Below, piece after piece: positions 33,357-42,917 of a stretch of 64,000 nt of DNA. The notes beneath the pieces are model-generated. The model had not been told where the DNA came from, did no database searches, and saw only the letters and a list, made by a program, of their open reading frames with translations. Each line of letters begins with the position of its first letter. Position 1 is the first letter of the stretch. The translations under genes were made by a program, and so were the position numbers. Source of the DNA: Deltaproteobacteria bacterium (GTDB lineage: Bacteria > Desulfobacterota > Desulfuromonadia > Geobacterales > Geobacteraceae); NCBI GenBank assembly GCA_021848385.1, contig JAJZUQ010000007.1, positions 16,389-80,388 on the forward strand, read 5' to 3'.

Positions 33357-34475
33357 TTGACTTTCACGGCATACGGGATAATCATGCCGACATCCCTGAT
33401 CCTGGGGGTGGCAGCCGGCTTTATCATGCATCGTGCCGGTTTTTGCATGGCGGGGGCGTTCCGTGATCTCTTCCTCTTTCGACAGACGTTCATGCTGCGT
33501 CAACTGCTGCTCCTTGTCGTTGTCTCCATGATTATCTTCGAAGCGGCCCGACTGGCGGGTTTTCTGCCCCTATATCCCTTTCCGCTGCTGGGCCCCCCGA
33601 CAATCGCCAGTCTGGCGGGCGGGGCTCTTTTCGGGGTGGGGATGGTTCTGGCGGGAGGATGTGTCGTCGGGACCCTCTACAGGGTTGGTGCAGGGAGTGC
33701 GCTCAGTGCGGTTGCCCTCATCGGCCTCATCGTCGGCAGCACACTGTACGGGGAGATTCATCCCTTCTGGGGTGCATTTGCACGGGCGACCATCCTGGGT
33801 AAGGGGAGGCTGACATTGCCGGAGGAGTTCGGGGTCGATCCTCTCCTGCCGATAGCGTTGTCCGTTGCCGGTGCAGCCGTTCCGCTTTACTACTGGATTC
33901 ACACTGGCAAGCTGCAGCGTCGCTCTGTCGCACGTGGCTACGTGCAGCCCTGGCTGGCTGCCGTGCTCCTTGCCCTGACGGGGCTTTTCTCCTATCTGCT
34001 GGTTGGTATGCCCCTTGGGATAACGACAGCCTATACCAAGCTGGGAGCTTCAGTCGAACAGTTCATTGCCCCCAGCCATTTTGCGAGTCTGACCTTCTTC
34101 AAGGGGTTGCCTCTCAATTATCTGTATCCTTTGACGCAGGAGCGTCTTGTCGGCGGTCCTGGGCCTGCATTCGATGCCGTTGCTGCCGTGCAGTATCCTC
34201 TCTTGCTCGGGCTTGTCCTGGGAGGGCTGCTGTCGGCCGTCCTGGCCAGGGAATTCCGCATTTATTTCCGGGTTCCGTTACGGCAGTACGGTTCGGCCTT
34301 TGCCGGCGGTCTGGTAATGGGGCTGGCATCACGTATGACACCGGGGTGTAACGTCTGGCACGTCTTTGGCGGACTCCCCATACTGGCCAGCCAAAGTCTC
34401 CTGTTCGTTCTGGGACTGTTTCCGGGAGCCTGGCTGGGGGGGGAACTCCTTACACGACTGATCATCAGGGATTGA
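33357..34475 (+). CDS. YeeE/YedE family sulfur (thiosulfate-type) transporter
   Basis: highly hydrophobic; three Cys motifs RAGFCM, LAGGCV, MTPGCN. Confidence 0.88.
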   Translation: MTFTAYGIIMPTSLILGVAAGFIMHRAGFCMAGAFRDLFLFRQTFMLRQLLLLVVVSMIIFEAARLAGFLPLYPFPLLGPPTIASLAGGALFGVGMVLAGGCVVGTLYRVGAGSALSAVALIGLIVGSTLYGEIHPFWGAFARATILGKGRLTLPEEFGVDPLLPIALSVAGAAVPLYYWIHTGKLQRRSVARGYVQPWLAAVLLALTGLFSYLLVGMPLGITTAYTKLGASVEQFIAPSHFASLTFFKGLPLNYLYPLTQERLVGGPGPAFDAVAAVQYPLLLGLVLGGLLSAVLAREFRIYFRVPLRQYGSAFAGGLVMGLASRMTPGCNVWHVFGGLPILASQSLLFVLGLFPGAWLGGELLTRLIIRD

Positions 34476-34527
34476 TAGCGGAACGTCGCTTTTGTTAGTT
34501 GATATTACATCCTGTTAAGAGGAGCTT

Positions 34528-34788
34528 ATGGACAGTGAACTGATAACGCCCCAGGTCATGGAATTCGACATCAGAGGTCAGATTTGCCCGGCAACTCTGC
34601 TTATAGCCCTTAAGGAACTGAATCGGAGCAAAGAGCAGTTGCACAAAGGGGAAGTACAACTCGTTTTTAAAACGGATAACAGGGATGCAACGATCACCAT
34701 TCCCGATGCGGCCGAAAACATGGGGTACGCTGTCAGTGTACAGCGGGTCGATGACTATTATGCTATTGTGGTCGAACAGGGGCATTAA
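34528..34788 (+). CDS. TusA/YeeD family sulfur carrier
   Basis: DIRGQICP (D-x-x-G-x-x-C-P) motif; 86 aa; directly follows the YeeE gene. Confidence 0.88.
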   Translation: MDSELITPQVMEFDIRGQICPATLLIALKELNRSKEQLHKGEVQLVFKTDNRDATITIPDAAENMGYAVSVQRVDDYYAIVVEQGH

Positions 34789-34808
34789 CGACAGGGGGAA
34801 GTTCAGTC

Positions 34809-35827
34809 ATGAAATTGGGGGATAGACTGCGGGGGGTTGTCGATAATCTTTCAGGGGCTGGCGAGACCCAGCGTCTGGTTGCGGAGAATGAACTCTTGCG
34901 TGAACGGGAGCGACAACTCCATGACTACATGCGGAGCAAGGTAAATCAGCTGTTACGGGTGATGGGGACGTTGCCGCTCCGGGCCGAGGAGCTGGATGAC
35001 AAGGCAATGCGGGAACTGGATCCGATCGGGATCATTGCCGATTCGTTTACCCAGGTGCTCGATCATCTCAATACTACCAACGAAAAAATGAAGCTTGCCA
35101 ATGACGAGATCCAGACCATTCTGACGGCCGCCAACGTGGGAATACTGGTGGTCGATGCAGCAATGAAAATCCAGGCGTTCAATCCGAAACTGCGGGAGAT
35201 GTTTTTTCGGACAGGGACCGATGTCCTGGGCTCCACATGCAACCAGGTGCTCTGCAGTCAGGACGTTCCTCCAGAAGATTGCACCTTTGCAAAAGTTATG
35301 GCGAGCAAAATCGGATTACAGCGGCAGGAGTGGGCGTTACAGGGGCGACACTACGATGTGGCAGGCGCGCCTATCAAGAACAGGTTCGGCGAAATTACGC
35401 ATGTGGTACTGGTGTACAACGAGGTGACCGAGCGCAAACAGATGATGGAAAGCCTTCGGGAGAGCGAGGAGATGTTCCGCATCCTTCTGGAAAACTCCCG
35501 GGACATGGTGCAGGGGGTTACCCCCGACGGCACGTTCCTCTATGTGAACCGCGCCTGGCGACAGGCCCTTGGCTACGGTGAGGACGATATCGACCGACTT
35601 ACCATCCATGACATCATCCACCCCGATTGCCGCGAACACTGTCTGGGGTTCTTCCAGAACCTCATGGCCACCGCGGAAAGGGAGGGGTAATCGACGCCGT
35701 TTTCATCACGCGTGATGGCACAACTCTACCGGTCCGGGGAAACATAAACTGTAGTTTCAAGAACGGCAAGCCGCTGGTGACTTGCGGCATCTTCTCTCGA
35801 ACCGATGAGAGCGGCAAGTGCGGGTGA
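34809..35827 (+). pseudogene. two-PAS-domain sensor protein with a frameshift at the G4 run 35684-35687 (mutation, sequencing error or recoding)
   Basis: frame stops at TAA 35690 inside the second PAS domain; the PAC-like end VIDAVFITRDGTTLPVRGNINCSFKNGKPLVTCGIF continues in the -1 frame to TGA 35827. Confidence 0.7.
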
Positions 35828-35903
35828 CGACAGGCGGCCGGTGATGCAAAATGGCACATTATATCAGAACCCCGACAGGATATCTCTGCCGGGGTTCTGT
35901 CGT

Positions 35904-36437
35904 TCATGGCCGGTCGTTTATGTATTCGAGGGCGTACCTGACGTAGTTTTGAGGAGACTTGCGGAGCCAAGCGATTTCGTCGGGGGTAAGGTCGCGCTTG
36001 TACTTGGCGGGGGCGCCGACCCAGAGGGTGTGCGGGGGGATGACCGTCCCTTCGGTAACCAGAGCGCGGGCGCCGACAAGTGCTCCCTCACCCACAACCG
36101 CCTTGTCCATGACCATTGCCTGCATGCCGATGAAGGCACCGTTTTCGATGGTGCAGCCGTGGAGGGTGACACTGTGGCCGACGGTGACGTCATCGCCGAT
36201 GATCAGCGGTGCCCCCGGGTCATCGGCATGTTTTCGGTGGGTGACGTGGAGCATGGTCAGATCCTGGATGTTGGTCCGGTCGCCGATCCGTATGAAGTTC
36301 ACGTCGCCGCGGGCCACCACGTTGTACCAGATGCTGCTCTGCTCACCGATCTGCACGTCGCCGATGACAACCGCCGTCTCGGCGATAAAGGCGGAAGATG
36401 CAATCTGGGGGTGCATCCCCTGGAAAGAACGGATCAT
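35904..36437 (-). CDS. gamma-carbonic anhydrase family hexapeptide-repeat protein (YrdA-like)
   Basis: VIGDVQIG, RGDVNFIRIGDRTNIQD, LH and VTVGHSVTLHGC His ligands. Confidence 0.92.
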   Translation of the reverse strand: MIRSFQGMHPQIASSAFIAETAVVIGDVQIGEQSSIWYNVVARGDVNFIRIGDRTNIQDLTMLHVTHRKHADDPGAPLIIGDDVTVGHSVTLHGCTIENGAFIGMQAMVMDKAVVGEGALVGARALVTEGTVIPPHTLWVGAPAKYKRDLTPDEIAWLRKSPQNYVRYALEYINDRP

Positions 36438-36485
36438 TCCGTCACCTCACAATTCAAAAATTCCTCAGAAAATAAGCCAATTCAA

Positions 36486-36603
36486 GAACCGTGGATTTTT
36501 CGCTAGGTCAAGGCGAGTGAGGGATGACGCGGAGGCGTAGCGGCGCTACGCCGCACAAGGAATCCCGAAACTCAACGCAGAGATTGCGGAAAAGCCGCGG
36601 TTC
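36486..36603. repeat. 118-bp intergenic long-hairpin repeat (REP/MITE-like)
   Basis: ends gaaccgtggatttttcgc / gcggaaaagccgcggttc pair at 15/18; apex ggcgtagc-ggc-gctacgcc; inner gggat/atccc and gagt/actc pairings. Confidence 0.8.
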
Positions 36604-36605
36604 GA

Positions 36606-37520
36606 TCAGTCGCGTGGAATGGCCAGCATCCGGTCCAGCGCTCTCTTCGCCGCTACCCGGATCTCTTCCGGCACCTTTACCACGGGGGCCATGGTTGTCA
36701 GTGCCGCCGCGATGTCCTCCAGGGAGGTGAGTTTCATGTTGGGGCAGATAAGGGCGGGGGAGGCGAGGATGAACTCCTTGTCCGGGTTCTCCTGCCGCAA
36801 CCGGTAGAGGATGCCAGCCTCGGTGCCGATGATGAAGCGCTTTTCCGGACTTTTGTGGCAATAGTCGAACATGCCGCTCGTGGAGCAGACATGGTCCGCA
36901 AGATCCACAACGGCAGGATTGCATTCTGGATGGCAGATGAAAAGTGCGTCGGGGTGCTCCCCCCTGAGACGTCGGACCGTATCGGCCGTAAGCCGCTCGT
37001 GGGTAGGACAGAACCCTTCCCAGAAATGGAAGGTCTTGGTGGAGAATCTTGCCACGTAGCGCCCGAGGTTACGGTCGGGAACGAAGATGATCTCGGGCTC
37101 GGCAAGGGAGTTCACTACCTTCTGGGCGTTGGCGGAGGTGCAGCAGATATCGCTCTCCGCTTTGACGGCAGCTGAGGAATTGACATAGGTTACTACCGGG
37201 ACCCCAGGGTGCCGGGATTTCAGTTCCCGCAACTCTTCTACCGTCACCATGTCAGCCATGGGACAGCCGGCGTCCGGGCGTGGCAGCAGAACGGTCTTGT
37301 CAGGGGCAAGAATGGAGGCCGATTCGGCCATGAAATGGACGCCGCAGAAGACGATCACATCGGCAGTCGCCCGGGCAGCTTCTATGGAGAGGGCAAGCGA
37401 ATCGCCGGTGATGTCGGCGATTTCCTGCACCTCGTCGCGCATGTAGTTATGGGCCAGGAGGATGGCATTACGCTCCTTGAGCAGGCTCCTGATCTCCCGT
37501 TTGACAGTTTCTGCACTCAT
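36606..37520 (-). CDS. nadA: quinolinate synthase
   Basis: [36 protein letters not shown]. Confidence 0.97.
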   Translation of the reverse strand: MSAETVKREIRSLLKERNAILLAHNYMRDEVQEIADITGDSLALSIEAARATADVIVFCGVHFMAESASILAPDKTVLLPRPDAGCPMADMVTVEELRELKSRHPGVPVVTYVNSSAAVKAESDICCTSANAQKVVNSLAEPEIIFVPDRNLGRYVARFSTKTFHFWEGFCPTHERLTADTVRRLRGEHPDALFICHPECNPAVVDLADHVCSTSGMFDYCHKSPEKRFIIGTEAGILYRLRQENPDKEFILASPALICPNMKLTSLEDIAAALTTMAPVVKVPEEIRVAAKRALDRMLAIPRD

Positions 37521-37718
37521 GTCGGCAGGTCCTCGCGGTTCGTTGCATGGTTCCCCGGTCGGTTGGGGTGAAGGGAATAGTAGACAATATCGAAGGCCAT
37601 GTCAAACCCTTTGCCGGATATGCGGGCAACCGTTCTTGACATGGTTCAGTAAAACCTCTATTCTTTTAGCAATTAATGTACGGCTGGCGGGTGATGTCCA
37701 GCTACTGAGAGGTTTACC

Positions 37719-37985
37719 ATGTTTGGCATAGGAATGCCCGAGCTGATTGTCATCCTGGTGATTGCACTGATCGTCATCGGGCCGCAGAAGCTTCCGGACC
37801 TGGCCCGTTCGCTTGGCAAGGGGTTGGCGGAGTTCAAGCGGGCAACCGAAGATTTCAAGCAGAGCGTGGAGGATGAAACGCGGGGCCAGGACGAGAAGGA
37901 GACGATAGCCCGGGAGGCTGCTGCCCGGGAAGCAGCGGCAGCGAATCCTGTAGAAGAGGGGAAAAAAGAGCCGACCAAGGTATGA
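37719..37985 (+). CDS. TatA/TatB family twin-arginine translocase subunit
   Basis: [40 protein letters not shown]. Confidence 0.9.
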   Translation: MFGIGMPELIVILVIALIVIGPQKLPDLARSLGKGLAEFKRATEDFKQSVEDETRGQDEKETIAREAAAREAAAANPVEEGKKEPTKV

Positions 37986-38015
37986 GGCCGGCGGTCTGCA
38001 TAGGTAAAAGAGACG

Positions 38016-38038
38016 AGGCGGGGGCTCCCCCGCCTTTT
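38016..38038. terminator. terminator hairpin between convergent tat and cpoB genes
   Basis: aggcgggg-gct-ccccgcct followed by ttt. Confidence 0.7.
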
Positions 38039-38039
38039 C

Positions 38040-38840
38040 CTATTTCAGCTCCTTGAGTTTTTCCCTGGCCGTTTTCACTTCATCCGCCAGGGGAAAATCA
38101 TCGATAAGTTTCCTGTACACGTAACGGGCGCTCTTGACGTCCCCCAGTTCCTTGAAAGCCATGGCCTGCTTCAGCATGGCAGCAGGTACCTTGTCCTTCC
38201 CCGGGAAGTTCTTGATCACCTCCTGAAACTCCAGAATAGCCTGATCATAGTTTTTCTCGCTATAATAGGTTTCCCCCAGCCAGTAGTGAACGTTGGCGGC
38301 AAGGTCATGTTTGGGGTATTTCTGTAGAAACTGGTTGAAGAGTTCCCGGGCCTTCTGCGGGTCGCCACCCTTGTAAGTGGAGAGCCCCTTCTGATAGATG
38401 GCGTCAGGTGTTGATTCCTCCTGGACGACGTTGTCCGACAGCCCTTTCTCCAGTTTCGTCAGGCGCGTTTCGATTGCTGTGAAACGGCGCTCCATGTCTT
38501 CGCGCATGAGCGCCAGGTCATCGGCCGGTTTTTTCGCCAGAAGGGTTGCATCATCCACCTTGCCGGTCAGAACCTGCATGTCAACCCGGGCACTGTCCAG
38601 GGTTGCCTGCAGGTCGGCTGCCTCTTTGCGCATGGTCTCCATGTCCTTCTGGTATCCCTGGGACTTCTTCATGGTATCCCGCGCTTCGCTCCTGACACTC
38701 GTCAGATCCTTATCCATTTGCAATACACGGGTCTTCAGTTCGTCGGTATCGCGCTGCAGATTTTCCATTTCCCCCTTGCTGGCACACCCGGTTATGGCAA
38801 GCAGCATGATCAGGGAGAGTCCTACGTTATTCAACCTCAT
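38040..38840 (-). CDS. cpoB: Tol-Pal system protein YbgF/CpoB
   Basis: lipobox ITGC, coiled coil, TPR region NVHYWLGETYY...KVPAAMLK; follows pal. Confidence 0.9.
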   Translation of the reverse strand: MRLNNVGLSLIMLLAITGCASKGEMENLQRDTDELKTRVLQMDKDLTSVRSEARDTMKKSQGYQKDMETMRKEAADLQATLDSARVDMQVLTGKVDDATLLAKKPADDLALMREDMERRFTAIETRLTKLEKGLSDNVVQEESTPDAIYQKGLSTYKGGDPQKARELFNQFLQKYPKHDLAANVHYWLGETYYSEKNYDQAILEFQEVIKNFPGKDKVPAAMLKQAMAFKELGDVKSARYVYRKLIDDFPLADEVKTAREKLKELK

Positions 38841-38865
38841 AGACAGACATCCTCCTTTACGGCTG

Positions 38866-38893
38866 AAAAAAGGGGCGTAGTTCTTACGCCCCT
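38866..38893 (-). terminator. intrinsic terminator after pal
   Basis: aggggcgta-gttct-tacgcccct stem with upstream A-run (U-tract on minus). Confidence 0.75.
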
Positions 38894-38916
38894 CGTGACG
38901 ATTACGGGAAACTGGC

Positions 38917-39480
38917 TTATTTTACGATGACGAACTCGTCCCGGCGGTTCTTGGCCCAGGCGGCCTCGTCATGCCCCGGATCTGCCGGTTTTTCCTTGCC
39001 GTAGCTAATGACGGAAAGACGCTCTGCCGGAACGCCAAGGGTCACCAGGTAGTTCATGGCCGACTTGGCCCGTTTTTCACCCAGAGCGAGGTTGTATTCG
39101 TCAGAGCCACGCTCGTCGCAATTCCCTTCAATCTGGATTTTACCCGACAGCTTCTTCAGCAATACCTCAGCATTTTTCGTCAGCGTGTCGCGTGATGCCT
39201 GGCTGAGGGTAAACGAGTCGAAGTCGAAGTAGATTTTCTCCAGGGCGGAAACCGGGGCTACCTGGGCCGTCTCTTCCTTGACGGAAGCCGGTGCTTCCTT
39301 CACCGTCTGGGGGGGCAATACCTCTTCACGAGGAACAGCCGGTTGGGCCGGTTTGGGGGCGGGGGCAACGGGTGCCGCGACCGGTTCTTCCTTTTTCACG
39401 AGCTCTTCCTTGGCACAACCACTGGCAAAGATCACCCCACAGCATACCACCATCACACATCCCAATATACCCTTGCGCAT
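38917..39480 (-). CDS. pal: peptidoglycan-associated lipoprotein
   Basis: lipobox ASGC, IYFDFD, IEGNCDERGSDEYNLALGEKRA, NRR. Confidence 0.96.
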   Translation of the reverse strand: MRKGILGCVMVVCCGVIFASGCAKEELVKKEEPVAAPVAPAPKPAQPAVPREEVLPPQTVKEAPASVKEETAQVAPVSALEKIYFDFDSFTLSQASRDTLTKNAEVLLKKLSGKIQIEGNCDERGSDEYNLALGEKRAKSAMNYLVTLGVPAERLSVISYGKEKPADPGHDEAAWAKNRRDEFVIVK

Positions 39481-39620
39481 TTGTCCTCTCCTTTTAACGT
39501 AAAGTAAGGTCAGGGGCATGGAGCATCGAAGTCTGCCACGAGGCCTGAAGTTCTAATTATACATAACCGATAACTGTTTTCAATGAAGTATGTGGCAGCG
39601 CATATAAAAACTGTTCCCGG

Positions 39621-40904
39621 CTACCAGCGGGGCGACCAGGTAGGATGGCTGTCAGCCCCTTTGCCTCGCGAAACCATGACCTGCCCGCTGCCGTCGGCGC
39701 GCATGACGTAAATGGCATCCCGTCCGCTGCGCTGTGAACTGAAGGTGATGTAGCGGCCGTCGGGAGACCATCGCGGGTGCTCATTGCTCCCCTGGCTGGT
39801 CAGCTGGGTGTCGCCGCTGCCGTCCGGGTTGATGGCGAATATCTGGAATCCACCCATCTGGCGGCAGTAGAGAATCTTGTCTCCTTTCGGGGACCAGCGG
39901 GGGCTCACGTTATAGGCACCGCTGGTGGTGAGGCGGCGCACCCCACTCCCGTCGGCATTCATGACAAAGACCTGCGGCTTGCCGAGCCGGTCGGAGACAA
40001 AGGCGATCTGCCGGCCATCGGGGGACCAGGCAGGGGAGACGTCGATGGCGCTGTTGTTGGTGAGCCTGGCAAGCTGTCTGCCGTCCTTGTTGATGATATA
40101 GATCTCGGAATTGCCATCCTTGCTCATGGCCAGGGCGATCCGGTTGCCGTCCGGAGCATAGGCGGCGGTCACGTTGATCCCGCGGTGCGCGGCGATTCGT
40201 GCTTCAGTGCCGCTGAAGATGCCGCGCCGGTAGAGGTCGGGGTTTCCCTTTTTATACGAGGTGTAGATAAGTTCCTTGCCGGAGGGGGAAAAGTCAGGGT
40301 TGAGGTTGATGGAACCGTTGCGGGTGAGTCGCTGCACGTTGTACCCGTCATAGTCCATGAGGTAAATTTCCTTGTTGCCGGTCCGTTTGGATACAAAGGC
40401 GATCTTGCCGGTGAAGGGTCCCCGTACCCCGGTCGTTACCTTCATAATTTCGTCGGAAAAGGTGTGGGCTATGCGGCGCATGTCGGTGATACTGCCGCTG
40501 TACCGTTTGGCTGTCAGTTCCTGCCCCCGGGTGACGTCGTAGAGCCTGCATTCGAGGGTAAGGGTGGTACCGGCAAGAGTGTACCCCGATTTTATGAGGA
40601 GGTCGGCTCCCGCCGCCTTCCAGACGTCGAAACTGAAATCACCCGGCCGGATCCCGCTCTTCGGGTCGGTAGGGGTGGTAGGCATGACGGTGAAGGGCCC
40701 GGCAAGAGTCATGTCGAACCGGAACAGCTCTGAGATGTCCTTGGCAATGCCGGTATTTGCGCTGCCGGACAGCGGGACAGGGGTGGCAACGGCGAGTTGC
40801 AGCTGCCGGTTGCCAGGGGCGGTGACTTCGAGATAACTCTGGTCAGCCGGTGCCGTGCCGGGGAAAAGAGCGAGTAACGCAATTATCAGGATGATCTTTT
40901 TCAC
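39621..40904 (-). CDS. tolB: Tol-Pal beta-propeller protein TolB
   Basis: PD40 repeats (P-x-WSPDG), KIAFVS; position in the operon. Confidence 0.95.
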   Translation of the reverse strand: MKKIILIIALLALFPGTAPADQSYLEVTAPGNRQLQLAVATPVPLSGSANTGIAKDISELFRFDMTLAGPFTVMPTTPTDPKSGIRPGDFSFDVWKAAGADLLIKSGYTLAGTTLTLECRLYDVTRGQELTAKRYSGSITDMRRIAHTFSDEIMKVTTGVRGPFTGKIAFVSKRTGNKEIYLMDYDGYNVQRLTRNGSINLNPDFSPSGKELIYTSYKKGNPDLYRRGIFSGTEARIAAHRGINVTAAYAPDGNRIALAMSKDGNSEIYIINKDGRQLARLTNNSAIDVSPAWSPDGRQIAFVSDRLGKPQVFVMNADGSGVRRLTTSGAYNVSPRWSPKGDKILYCRQMGGFQIFAINPDGSGDTQLTSQGSNEHPRWSPDGRYITFSSQRSGRDAIYVMRADGSGQVMVSRGKGADSHPTWSPRW

Positions 40905-41665
40905 TGTTTACCGATCCCTTGGGGTTTGAACAGAAAGTCCTGCTCGAATTCCGTGCCGCCCGGAGGAGGTGGAAAGGTCTTTTCCGCCTTGGTGATGGTG
41001 GCGACCACTGAAGCTTCAAAGATCCTGTCACCGGAGCTCCGCTTGATCCGGTAGCGAAGCAGTCGGCCGTTGCGGGCAATGGTCAGCTGCACGAGCACGA
41101 CCGGGTTTTTGCTCTGGTAGGAGATGGTGGTGCGGAACGCATCCTGGAGCCGGGAGTGGATATAGCTGGCGTAGTCGCTTCCCGCCTCACTGCCTGTTCC
41201 CGTGGGCATGCCGGCTGCCCCTTTGCCGGTGCCGGCCGCCCTCTTTTTCAGGGCTTCCAGGGCTGCCGCCTGGTGCCGTGCCTCGGCATTTCTCTCCAGC
41301 TGCTTGAGACGATCCTCGAATTCACGGCCTGTTTCCTCGGGAGCAGTTTTGGTGGAGGGTTTGGCCGCAGGAGCTCCCTTGGATGTCTTGGGGGGCGTTA
41401 CGGCCGGGAGGCGCATGCTCTGCGGTGGGGCAGGAGGCTGGGGCACCGCTCCCGTCTGGCTGCCGGCGACGGTTGGGCTCCCCTTCTGGGGATGGGCCAC
41501 CGGCAGGTTCACTATGTCCACGTAGTAAACCGGCGCTTCCTGCAGACGCGGTGCCAGAATGAGCCCCGAATAGGTGAACATAAAAAAAAGGGCCAGGTGC
41601 ATCACGAACGAGATCGTCAGTGGCGCACCAAACCCCCTGGACTTTATGTGAGGACGGCGGTTCAT
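40901..41665 (-). CDS. tolA: TolA/TonB-family energy transducer
   Basis: N-terminal TM with SxxxH (SFVMH), Pro/Ala/Lys linker, TonB-C-like domain; lies between tolR and tolB. Confidence 0.8.
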   Translation of the reverse strand: MNRRPHIKSRGFGAPLTISFVMHLALFFMFTYSGLILAPRLQEAPVYYVDIVNLPVAHPQKGSPTVAGSQTGAVPQPPAPPQSMRLPAVTPPKTSKGAPAAKPSTKTAPEETGREFEDRLKQLERNAEARHQAAALEALKKRAAGTGKGAAGMPTGTGSEAGSDYASYIHSRLQDAFRTTISYQSKNPVVLVQLTIARNGRLLRYRIKRSSGDRIFEASVVATITKAEKTFPPPPGGTEFEQDFLFKPQGIGKQ

Positions 41666-42081
41666 CTCCCCCCGGCCGGCTCCGTAACCATCCCGAGCCG
41701 CTCGATGCCGGCTCCCTTGATCTCCGCCATGGTCTTGACCACGTCCCCGTAGGGGACATCCTGGTCAGCCTTGAGGAATACCTCTTTCTTAGTCCGGTTG
41801 GCAAACATGGAGGTCAGACGGCCGCGCAGTTCGGTTCCGGCGACCGGCTCCTTGTTGATGAACAGCCGGTTCCCCTTGTCGATGGAGACGATGACGGTCT
41901 CTTCCTGGGCCGGCAGGGCCTTGGCGTCCGCTTTCGGCAGGTTGACCTGAACACCCTGTTGCATCATGGGGGCGGTGACCATGAAGATTACCAGAAGGAC
42001 GAGCATGACGTCTACCAGGGGGGTAACGTTGATCTGCGACATGGTCCCCCGGTCGCTGTTGTTATGACTTCCCATTCCCAT
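41662..42081 (-). CDS. tolR: TolR
   Basis: INVTPLVDVMLVLLVIFMVTAP, KADQDVPYG. Confidence 0.93.
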   Translation of the reverse strand: MGMGSHNNSDRGTMSQINVTPLVDVMLVLLVIFMVTAPMMQQGVQVNLPKADAKALPAQEETVIVSIDKGNRLFINKEPVAGTELRGRLTSMFANRTKKEVFLKADQDVPYGDVVKTMAEIKGAGIERLGMVTEPAGGR

Positions 42082-42090
42082 GCTTCCCCC

Positions 42091-42765
42091 CTATTTCCTG
42101 GCGAAGCTGCGCTGCACGATGTTGAGGAACTCGGTGGAGAAGCTGTCCATCTCGCCGATGAGCACCCTGATCTTGTGCTGGAAGTGATTGTACCCCATGA
42201 CTGCCGGAATGGCGGCCACCAGGCCGATGGCCGTGGCGATGAGGGCCTCGGCGATGCCGGGGGCAACGACTGCCAGGGAGGCGGAACCTGTCTCCCCTAT
42301 GCCCTTGAAGGCGGTCATGATCCCCCAGACCGTTCCGAACAGGCCGATGAAGGGGGCGGTAGCGCCGGTGGTGGCGAGGAACGTAGTGTACTTCTCCAGG
42401 CGGGTTATTTCCGAGGTAGTGGCGCGGCGCAGGGCGCGGGAGATATTTTCGATACCCCCCAGGTCGGTGCTGATTACATCCGGCTCCTCCTTATGCTCCC
42501 CCTTGTCCATCAGTTTTTTCAACTCTCCGTACCCTTCGCTGAAGAGAACCGTGAGGGGAGAGTTGGCGAACCGGTCAACCTGGGAGTTGATGGCGTCAAA
42601 CCGCTTGGTCTTCCAGAAAAATTCCAGGAACCTCTCCGACTCGCTGTTGGCACGGTGGACCTGAAGCAGCTTGTAGAAAATTATGGCCCAGGAGACGACG
42701 GAAAAGTAGAGAAGAATCAACAGTACCAGTTTTACGACCAGGCCGGTCCCGGCAAAGAAAGCCAC
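42091..42765 (-). CDS. tolQ: TolQ
   Basis: ATAPFIGLFGTVWGIM, APGIAEALIATAIGL; GTG start. Confidence 0.95.
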   Translation of the reverse strand: MAFFAGTGLVVKLVLLILLYFSVVSWAIIFYKLLQVHRANSESERFLEFFWKTKRFDAINSQVDRFANSPLTVLFSEGYGELKKLMDKGEHKEEPDVISTDLGGIENISRALRRATTSEITRLEKYTTFLATTGATAPFIGLFGTVWGIMTAFKGIGETGSASLAVVAPGIAEALIATAIGLVAAIPAVMGYNHFQHKIRVLIGEMDSFSTEFLNIVQRSFARK

Positions 42766-42917
42766 GGCATGTACCTCCGCTGTTTGTTAGGAGAAAACTC
42801 CCCGAAAATATTACGTACCCCGGGGGAAGTCAATACGATTTTTATTACTGCCGGGGCAGGTGTCCGTGCCCGCCCGGATGGTGGGCGCCTACAGGATGCC
42901 ATCCGGCGGAAAGCCGG

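Noticed and set aside
36596-36610. GGTTCGA resembling a tRNA T-loop
   Set aside because: There is no cloverleaf; it is the end of the 118-bp hairpin and the nadA stop region.
37599-37644. catgtcaa...ttgacatg inverted repeat between nadA and tat
   Set aside because: It is explained by back-to-back -35 boxes of divergent promoters; a regulator site is not excluded but is unsupported.
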